In this document: positions 41,891 through 55,111 of the stretch, piece after piece | Layout of the letters: each line of letters starts with the position of its first letter | Position numbering within the stretch: position 1 is the first letter of the stretch | DNA from: the human T2T-CHM13v2.0 reference genome, Homo sapiens | Assembly (NCBI RefSeq): GCF_009914755.1 | Contig: NC_060927.1 | Length of the DNA: 64,000 nt | Direction: 5' to 3' (one strand) | The notes under the pieces: generated by a model | The model's database searches: none | What the model was told of the DNA's origin: nothing | What the model saw: the letters and a program-made list of their open reading frames with translations, nothing else | Position numbers and translations under genes: made by a program

Positions 41891-43824
41891 AAAGAATCTG
41901 TCCCTCACCTGCTTTACCTCCTCTACGGCTCTGCATTGTTAGGAGAATAAAATCCGAAGTCCTTGTACTGTCCGTCCCTCTGAGTTCACCTCAACGTTGC
42001 CCTTCATCCAATGTGTATAACATCTCAGCCTTGCCTTTCTCTTGGAATGGTGGTGAGACTGGGGGATGTCCTTTGGGAGATGTGACTCCCCTTGTCGCCT
42101 GTATAGTGCCACACCCAGGAGGGGTTGGTGAAGAGGCTCTCAACCAGGCCTGCCCTCAGAAGGGTTAATGTGGCCTCTTCATCCCTTGGTTGCCATGGGG
42201 ATAGTTCTTGTCCTTCAGGAAGCAGGGAGAGCAGTTCCCTATTTTGAAGAAGGCTTGAGGGGTTTTCCTCCAATCCACGTGGCCCAGAGAGGGGCAGGAA
42301 GCCTAGGGCCAGCTGCCCCTGCTGCTGGGTGTGTGACAGAGCTGTGCCCACACCCCGCCAGCCAGGAGGGGCTGTTTTGAAATGCAGCCTTGGGAAAAAG
42401 CCAAACAAGCCAGGGCAAGGAAAAAAAATGGCTGCCTGGAAGAAGAAGGTGGCCACTTCCTCCACAGACCTTGAATCCCACCCAGTGATAAAAATCCCAC
42501 CCAGTGATAAAAACTCTGAGCTGACCCTGCCCAGCCTCCATATGTCATGAGATGTATGGAAAGGGTGGAGCACAGAACAGGTGCTCCCCAGGCATCCACT
42601 GTCAGCATTTATTACTGTCATTGCTATGACTGCCTGTTATTAGTGCCACTACCTGCCTCCTCACCTGGCTGATGCACTGGATGTCCAGGTTCCTTTGATC
42701 CCAACTTCTGGGATCAAACCTGGGCATGGGCACAGCTCTGTCACATACCCAGCAGGCTCTGTGGTGGACACCTGGCTGGTCCTTGGATGGTGATGGTCCC
42801 CTTGACCCCCAATTCCAACACTCCTGCTGGGTTTTCACCACAAGGTTGCTGGCAGCTGCTGGCCTTCTGATCGTCCAAAGTAGATAGAGGGCAGGATGGA
42901 AAGAGCAAAAAGAAAGGGGGAGAGAGGGAAAGCCTGCTCAGATGTTAACACTGCTGGCATCTGCCTTAGAAGTTCCTGTCCTCCACCTTCCAGGCTCCTC
43001 CAGAAAAGTGCAGAGAGGCTCTTGCCCCCAAAAGGCAAAGCCATGGACTGCAAGCATTCACAGAGTAGTAAATGGGTGAATGGGATGCGAGTCCTGGCTG
43101 GGCTATAAGGGCAAGTCACTTCCCCTCTCTGGGCCTCGGGTTTTTCCATCTGTGAAATGGGTATATAATAACTCCTTTATACAATTCTTGGGATGAATAT
43201 ATATGTTAAAGGCTCAAGAAAGTAGCGATGATGGTCATCACCCCCACACATCATGTCTTTTGTGGGTATTTACAGTTACTCCCCCTGAATTCAGTGAGTG
43301 GCTGTGGCTCAGTCCCATAAATACAACCACCAGTATTGGCAGTGGGTGTTTGTAAAGCCAACAGTCTCTCCCATCCATTTTCTCTTATTAGGAACAGCAA
43401 ACAAAGGAATAAGCATTTCAACTTCACAGCCCATCACTCCACACTATTGTATGGCTTCAGCTACACAAGCTCAGACCTGTCATTTTCCCAGCTGGCCTTG
43501 GTGCTATGATCTTTTTAAGCAGACTCTGCTTAGCATCAAAGCCCAAATTCAACAGTAGTGGAAAGGGCTTAGCAAGCCTTGTCCCTGTTGTCCTCCCTTC
43601 TCCTTTGCAAGGGCCGACAGCGAAGAGTAACACTGGTGGTGAACTGAATTATCTGAGTCTCCCTCACCTGCTCCCACCCTGGGAGTTCTAGGATATTTTG
43701 CTTTTATTGCTAATCTCAGAAACAAGCTCAAGTTTTAAAAACATGCTTTCTTTTTCCATCAAACATTGAAGCAATTTATCTACTCACTCATTTGTACCCA
43801 CAGTTAAACACAGATATACCTGCT

Positions 43825-44415
43825 CCATGACCTCCGTCACCTCCCTTGACTCCATTACCTACACTACCTCCATCAACTCAATCCTTTCCACCACCTCCCT
43901 TGACTCCATCACCTATACTACCTCCATCAACTTAATCCACTCCATCACTTGTCCCACCTCCATCACTCGACTGCCTCTATCACCTCCACCACCTCGCTCA
44001 ACTCCACCACCTCCCTCAACTCCACCATCTCTACCACCTCCATCACCTCCCTTGGCTCTGTCATCTATACCACCTCCATCAACTCAATCCACTCCATCAC
44101 CTGTTCCATGTCCACCATCTCCTTCGCCTCTTTCAGTTCCACCATGTCTACATCATCTATCAATTCTACCACTTCCAGTTCTTCCACCGAATATACTATG
44201 TCCTCCAGCTGCACCACAACTTCCACAACTACGTCAATTACCCTTTCGACCTCCACCACCACCACCTCGACCTCTCCACCACCACTAGTTTCTACTACCA
44301 CCTCTGCCTCCTTCACCTCCAACACCACCTCCACCACCTGTTTCTGCTACTGCCACCTTCGCCACCTCTACCACCTCCACCATCACCTCCATCTCCATCC
44401 CTGCCACACCTCCAT
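43825..44415. repeat. C-rich (CAC/CAT/CTC)n low-complexity tract containing a 54-bp unit
   Basis: cacctcccttgactccat.accta.actacctccatcaact.aatcc at 43838 and 43892, and a variant at 44044. Confidence 0.9.
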
Positions 44416-45399
44416 GCATGGACCCATAAAATATATCAAGAGCCTGTCTAAGTAACACCAAATTCAGCCACAGATTTTCTATTCGAGTCACAAGTATTTC
44501 TCCACAAAAGACTGGAGGATTAAGGGATCTGTGGTGGCTTAGAAATGGAAAGGTCTTTGAAAGGATCAAATTCAGTTCCTAATTTTACAGCTGGAGAAAT
44601 CAGATCTGCCTCCAGCACCACCTCTGCCAAGCCAAAGCCCTGGACACTCCTCCAGCAGGCCAGGCCTTCTCCCACCTCGGTGAAGTCTTTGCCCCAGCAA
44701 TTCCTCCTACTGGGAAGGCCTCTCCTCTGGTTGAACCCTCCGCACTGGGGTCCTCCTCTGAGCTCCCACAGGCGCCTGTGCGTTCCCATCCCAGCACGAG
44801 CCTCAGAGTAGCAGAACTATCTGCCTGTGTCTGTGTGGTCAAGCAGACTGGGAACTCCTGGGAGGTGGAGGCTTGGTCTGAGTCATCTATGTCGCCGAGC
44901 ACCAGGCAGGTATCTGTGAGGGGCTACGCGGTGTGTACTGAGTGGATCAGGAAAGGCTCCTCATTAACTGGGTCTCCCTTACCAATGTCACCTCCTCAGG
45001 GAGGCCTTCCTTGACCACCCATTCTCTATTCCAGTGGTTCTCAAACCTGGAGGGTTTGATAAAACACGGGGTTTCTGATTCAGGGAGGCTAGGGAGGGCC
45101 CCAAGAATGCGTGGCGCCCTCTGAGAGCCACCGCTCAGCTCCATTGCCCTGGTTTCCCTCCCTCGCTTTGAAATGGTGTCTCCAGCGACTTCCTCCCGTC
45201 TAAGCTCCATGAGGGCAATAATTTGGGGCTGTCTTGTTCTGTGCTCAGCGCAGAGGCTGGCGCGGCACTGAACGAATGTCCAGAGTTAAAAATAAAGGGA
45301 TAGATGGTCCGCTGGGTGAAGGAGCCAGGAACATCCCAGAAGCCCAACTCGCTTGAGCTCTGGTCCCTCAAACCTCACGAGCCTCCTGCCGTGCCCATG

Positions 45400-46050
45400 G
45401 CCACGGCCCCTTTAAATGTGCGCAGGGACGCCCCGACCCTCGGCTTCCTGGATCCCTGACCCAGCAGGAAAACAAAAACAAAAACAAAATCTTTCCTCTT
45501 GTGGCGCGGAGGAAATGTCTAGGAGAGAACGGAGGTGCGGATGCGGCGCAAGCAGAGGCGCAGGCGAAGGCGCGGCGGCCAGAGCGCAGGGTTCCGGCGC
45601 GGAGCCCTGAGTCCGGAGCGGAAGCGAAGCCGCGCGCTGCCCCGGCCGCCGCCCACGCGACTTCCGGCGGCGCCGAGGCACGCGCGCCATAAGTTGGAGC
45701 TCCCGGGGCGCCCGGGACGAGCTTCCCAGGATTCCCCGACCTTCCCGTGCTGCTCGGCCTTGGCCGAAGCATGCGCGGCTCCGGGGTCCCCTCGCCGAGA
45801 ATCGGGGTCCCCCCCACCGTCCAAATCGCCCCGCCTCAGGGACCCGCCTCAGCCTTGGCGAGGCCGCGCCCTGGCCGTGTGAGCCCATATCCCACTCTCA
45901 CGGCGGTCCCCAGAGTGAGGGTCCCTTCCACAACGGAGAAAGACGTCCCTTTCGCAAAAGCGACTTGGTCGGGTCCCCAGACCCTTGCCCTCCACTCCCA
46001 GACGTCACAGACAGGCCTCGCTCCCTTCTCAGGGGCCCCACCTGACTGAG
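45400..46050. promoter_or_regulatory. CpG island 2, putative promoter upstream of the FGD5 duplicate
   Basis: Very dense CpG; ETS/GABP cores gcggaag (~45618) and acttccgg (~45660); NRF1-like gcatgcgc (~45769); downstream donor ACG|GTGAGT at 46224/46225. Confidence 0.85.
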
Positions 46051-48099
46051 GCTTGGCTGGACACAATCCTGAAGCATGCAGATTCCAGACATGACCCCCA
46101 GCAGAAACACACATCACTGTTTCAAACCTTTGGCGTGTCATTCGTGAAGGGATGAGATGGCAGCTATTCAGTCATAGTACTCCAAGGGTCCCCGGCTCTA
46201 CCCTCCAGTTATTCTAACTCAACGGTGAGTTCTCAGCAGAGGCTGTCTTCTCTTGACCCTAGGAGACCCTGCCATCTGCAGTGCTGTGCGTGTAGCTAGT
46301 GGGTACCCAATGGAGTAGCTGTAGAAGGGGGGATGTAAGCTCCATGAGGGCAGCAGGGAGGGTGACAGCAAGTTCAGCCTTTTCCCATGGTTGCTGGGTC
46401 ATAGAAAGTGTTTATCAGTAGCTGCTGGATGAATGAATGCACTGACCTGGACACTTCATTTGAGGAGCACAGGATTTCATTTGGTTGATTTTCATTAGTT
46501 GGGCTGCGTGTAGAAGAAAGGTCTGTTCACTTTGTTTACAGAATGAATCTTTAGTGGAAAATCAAGGGGTTTTAAAGATTCTGGTGGAGGGCATAAGCCT
46601 AAGACAAAGCACGGGAGGTGGGCTTCACATGGACGGACGGAACTATCTGCAGCGTCCCCTGCAAGTGGTGTGTAGGAGACTCTGAATGGAAATAAAGTTA
46701 ATCGTACTTTTTCTCCTTTTCTTTATTTTTGTCCTCTAGATTTGCCAAAACCACCTGTCGCTCCCAAGCCAAAGACTACCAGTCCACTGACGCCAGTGAC
46801 CGCACCCAAATTCCCTTCCTCAGCCAGGCTCGAGAGTCTTCACAGTCCAAACTCCATGTTCACGGGTCTGAAGCCCCCCCATTGCCCCCAAGCCCAGGCT
46901 GACTGCCCCAAACGAGTGGAGAGCCAGTGTGTACCTGAATGACAGCTTGAACAAATGCAGCAACGGACGGCTGCTCTGTGTAGACAGGGGGCTTGATGAG
47001 GGGCCCCGGTCCGTCCCAAAGTGCTCTGAGTCAGAGACCGACGAGGATTACATCGTCCTCAGGGCTCCGCTGAGGGAGGACGAACCCAAGGACGGGGGCA
47101 GTGTGGGGAATGCAGCCCTGGTGTCTCCCGAGGCCTCTGCAGAAGAGGAAGAGGAGCGTGAGGAGGGAGGCGAGGCATGTGGCCTGGAGAGGACAGGAGC
47201 TGGTAAGGACTCGGCGGCTATTGCTGCCCCAGCTGCAGTATTGCTGAGCAGGGAGGGTGAAGAAGGCACAGACCTCACTCCTGAGGACCAAGGAGAGGGC
47301 TGCGGATGAGCCAGGGACAGAAGAGCAGGTGTCCAGAAGTGAGGAGGAAGAGAAGCTGGTGCAGCCACACAGGGAGTGCAGCCTGGACAATGGCAGGCCT
47401 TGGGCTGGAGAGGTGGTCTTCCAGAGCGACCTCCTCCTGCCTCACATCCATGGAGAGGACCACAAGCCCCCCGACAACCCTGGGGAGGCAGAGGAGGATG
47501 ATGAGGAAGGCTGTGCCAGGACAGACCCAGCGGGGCACATGAGGGTTCGGATCCTGACAGGCCCACTGAGGACATGGGAGAGGATGCTGAGGAAGCCAGC
47601 GAGGAGGCCCCTGAGAAGGAGGAACTGGCCGGGGTCCGGAGGCAGAGACGGCCATGAACAGCCCTGAGGTTCTTGAGGAGGGATGTGAAGAGGCCACAGG
47701 TGTCATAGGTGGGGAGCAGGTTGACCTTGGTGAACTACCTGACCATGAGGAGAAAAGCAACCAGAAAGTGGCAGCTGCCACCCTGGAGGACCGCACACAG
47801 GATGAGCCTGCTGAGGAGAGCTGCCAGATCGTCCTTTTCCAGAACAACTGCATGGACAACTTTGTGACTTCCCTCACAGGAAGCCCCTACGAGTTCTTCC
47901 CAACCAAGAGCACCTCTTTTTGCAGGGAGAGCTATTCTCCTTTTTCTGAGTCAGTGAAAAGCTTAGAATCAGAGCAGGCACCAAAGTTGGGGCTGTGTGC
48001 GGAGGAGGACCCCGTGGTTGGGGCTTTGTGTGGCCAGCATGGACCCTTGCAAGATGGAGTGGCGGAGGGTCCCACAGCCCCTGATGTGGTGGTCCTGCC

Positions 48100-48590
48100 G
48101 AAGGAGGAGGAGAAGGAGGAGGTCATTGTGGATGACATGCTGGCCAACCCCTATGTGATGGGAGTGGGCCTGCTGGGAGGATGAGGGGGAGGAGGAGGAG
48201 GAGGAGTTCGTGGATGACACACTGGCCAACCCCTATGTGATGGGAGTGGGCCTGCCAGGAAGAGGAGGGGAGGAGGAGGAGGAGGAGGAGGTCGTGGATG
48301 ACACGCTGGCCAGCCTCTATGTGATGGGAGTGGGCCTGCTGGGAGGAGGAGGGGGAAGAGGAGGAGGAGGCTGTGGATGACACACTGGCCAACCCCTATG
48401 TGATGGGAGTGGGACTGCCAGGAGGAGGAGAGGAGGAGGGGAGGAGAAGGAGGAGGAAGCCATGGATAACATGCTGGCCAGCCTCTATGTGATGGGAGTG
48501 AGCCTCCCGGGAGGAGGAGGGGGAAGAGGAGGAGGAGGTTGTTGATGACACACTGGCCAACCCCTATGTGATGGGAGTGGGCCTGCCGGT
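48100..48590 (+). repeat. Six-copy ~80-bp G-rich minisatellite within the FGD5 duplicate
   Basis: Core gtggatgaca..ctggcca.cc.ctatgtgatgggagtgggcctgc plus (GAG)n spacer, starting near 48124, 48207, 48291, 48370, 48459 and 48538. Confidence 0.95.
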
Positions 48591-49219
48591 CTGGCAGCCC
48601 CTTGAGAAGGAGGGCAGGCTGCATTGGATGCCCTGGGTGGTTATGGCTCAGAAGAAGAAATGAACTGTGAAGGAGAGGGCAGCCTGGTCTCCGTGGACAG
48701 GAAGAACATCGACACAAGGGCCTGGCCCCACTCTGGGAAGGTGGCCAGAAACCGTCCCAGAAACTGCCCCCAAAGAAACCAGATCTGAGGCAGGTTCCTC
48801 AGCCCCTGGCATCGGAGGTGCCGCAGAGGAGGCAGGAAAGAGCTGTTGTCACTGAAGGGAGGCCCCTGGAAGCCAGCAGGGCCTTGCCAGCAAAGCCCAG
48901 GGCCTTCACTTTATACCCTCGGTCGTTCTCCGTGGAAGGCCAAGAGATTCCTGTTTCCATCTCTGTGTACTGGGAGCCAGAAGGGTCGGGGTTAGATGAC
49001 CACAGGATAAAGAGGAAAGAGGAACATCTCTCTGTCGTGTCTGGGAGTTTCTCCCAGAGAAACCACCTTCCATCCAGCGGCACCTCCACGCCTTCTTCCA
49101 TGGTCGACATCCCACCTCCTTTCGACCTGGCCTGCATCACCAAGAAGCCCATCACAAAGAGCTCTCCCTCTCTCCTGATCGACAGCGACTCCCCGGACAA
49201 GTACAAGAAGAAGAAGTCA

Positions 49220-49667
<448 letters not shown>

Positions 49668-50351
49668 TCAGCTTAAGTCTCAAACTGGGACGCTCCAGGC
49701 TTCTGAATACCCCTCATCCCACATCTTTTATAGAGATGGCAAGAGGAAAGGTGTCTCCTTCAGCAGGATGGTGTCCAGAGTGGAGTCTTTCAAAGACCGC
49801 CCCTGACCGCCCTTTCTGCCCTTGCCACTGGCCAAGCCACTATCTATCTCCTTCCCCAGCGCTGACCATTCAGACTATGAGAACATTCCAACCATGAACT
49901 CGGACTATGAGAATATCCAGATTCTGCCCTGGAGGCCTGCAGGGCTGGTGTGTTCAGGAAGCTGTTTGAAGATCAGAGCAGAGCCCTGTCCACAGCAAAC
50001 TAAAATGATGGCTATGTGGACATGAGCAGCTTCAACACCTTTAAGAACAATCAGCAGAGCACAGACCAGGACGCAGAAAGGTACCTGACATTCTATTTCC
50101 TTTCTCGTTTGGTAGCTGTAACTATTCAAAAGGCAGCGTGGGTGTGGGGGACAGATGGACTTGCTTTCCAGCCTCAGGCTCTGTTTCCCACTAGCTGCAC
50201 TGACTTGGGGTGAGTGGCTTTACATCTCTGAGCCCTAGTTACTTCATCCATGAAACAGGACTCATGCTACCTCACAGCAGATATTTAAGAATATCAGAGT
50301 AGATATTCTATGTGAAAGCAGTGTATAAAATGCAAAATATGGTACACGTAA

Positions 50352-50612
<261 letters not shown>

Positions 50613-50731
50613 AAGACAGCATTTTTATTTACATTATTTGGGGGACAGTTATATCTCCTAGGTAGATGGCTTTGTGACTCCCCTCTGAGAGTGTCACCAA
50701 GAGAGAAAGTTTTGGAATCTTGCCAAACTAA

Positions 50732-51037
<306 letters not shown>

Positions 51038-51172
51038 CCAAACTAAATATCTTTCACCATCAGGAAAATAGCCTAAATTGAGATTGATACTTTTTATTGA
51101 GTAAATATACACTGTATTCAATAAGGAACTAGAAAAGAAATTTTATTTGAATTGTTTAAGGAGCTAATGGTG

Positions 51173-51455
51173 TGGCTCACACCTGAAATCCCATCACTTT
51201 GGGAGGCTGAGGCAGGTGGATCACTTGAGTTCAGGAGTTCGAGACTAGCCTGGCCAACATGGTGAAACCCTGTCTCTACTAAAAATGTAAAAATTAGCCA
51301 GGTGTGGTGGCAGGCACCTGTAATCCCAGCTACTCAGGAGGCTGAGGCACGAGAATCGCTTGAACTCTGGAGGTGGAGTTTGCAGTGAGCCGAGACTGCG
51401 CCACTGCCCTCCAGCCTGGGTAACAGAGCAAGACTCAGTTTCAAAAAAAAAAAAA
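51173..51455 (+). mobile_element. AluS
   Basis: Sense dimer; TSD gagctaatggtg. Confidence 0.95.
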
Positions 51456-51468
51456 GAGCTAATGGTGC

Positions 51469-51669
51469 TGTTACAGGAAAGGGGTTCCAATCCAGACCCC
51501 AAGAGACGGTTCTTGGATCTTAAGCAAGAAAGAATTTACGGTGAGTCTCTACAGTGCCAAGTAAAAGCAACTTTATTAAGAAACTAAAGTAGTGAAAGCA
51601 CAGCTACTCCATAGAAAGAGTAGGGCATTCCTGAAAGCGGAGGAATGCGTCCACCGTAGGTACAATGCT

Positions 51670-51701
<32 letters not shown>

Positions 51702-52093
51702 CACAAGCATTGTATATATTTTATATATACATATAAAATATATATACATACAAAAATATTTTATCCTATATATATGATTAAAAAGATTCTCGGGAGATGT
51801 GCTCTGCTACAAGGGTTTGTGATAAAGGATTAATTCTCTTAACTAGTATATTTTGCAAGAATTAATATTATTTTTAAAGCAAAATTAGGAATGCCTTTGT
51901 TCTCCAGATATCAGAATATCTGGACACTCCCAAGTCTGGTCTGTTTAGTAAACGTTATTAATTTGTTCCCTTAGCTGTAAACATCTGGAGGCTAGGAATG
52001 TCTAACCTTTTGGGAACGCAGTCCAGCAAGTCTCAGCCTCATTTTCCTAGGCCTCACTCGAAATGGAGTTGCTCTGGTTTGAACGCCTCTGAC
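51469..52093 (-). mobile_element. MER41-family LTR (3' LTR of an antisense ERV1 provirus)
   Basis: Minus strand begins TGTCAGAGGCGTTCAAACCAGAGCAACTCCAT and ends ...CCTTTCCTGTAACA; polypurine tract adjacent at 52094-52112; internal (TG)/(TA) microsatellite. Confidence 0.9.
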
Positions 52094-54459
<2,366 letters not shown>

Positions 54460-55058
54460 ATATTTTTACCTTTCCATAAGTTATTGGGGCACAGGTGGTA
54501 TTTGATTACGTAAGTTCTTTGGTGGTGATTTGTGAGATTTTGGTGCACCCATCACCCGAGCAGTATACACTGCACCATGTTTGTAATCTTTTATCCCCCG
54601 CCCCCTCCCACTCTTCCCCTCAAGTCTCCAAAGTCCATTGTATCATTCTTATGCCTTTGCATCCTCATAGCTTAGCTCCCACAAATCAGTGAGAACATAT
54701 GATGTTTGGTTTTCCATTCCTGAGTTACTTCACTTAGCATAATAGTCTCTAGTCTCATCCAGGTCACTGCAAATGCTGTCAATTCATTTCTTTTTATGGC
54801 TGCATAGTATTCCATCATATGTTATAAAAAATAAACTGTGATATATATATAATAAACTGTGATATATATATATCACAGTTTGGTAATATGGTATTATTTG
54901 ATATATACTATATATATATAAACTGTGATATATATAATAAACTGTGATATGTATATATCACAGTTTGGTAATATGTGTTATTTGGTATATATATTATATA
55001 TAATAAACTGTGATATATATCACAGTTTGGTAATATGGTATTATTTGGTATATATTTG

Positions 55059-55111
<53 letters not shown>

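Noticed and set aside
45368-46141. Multiple overlapping Arg/Ala/Pro-rich ORFs
   Set aside because: CpG-island composition artefact.
48100-48590. Repeat-spacer pattern superficially like a CRISPR array
   Set aside because: Eukaryotic context; spacers are (GAG)n rather than unique; the repeat derives from FGD5 coding sequence; no cas genes.
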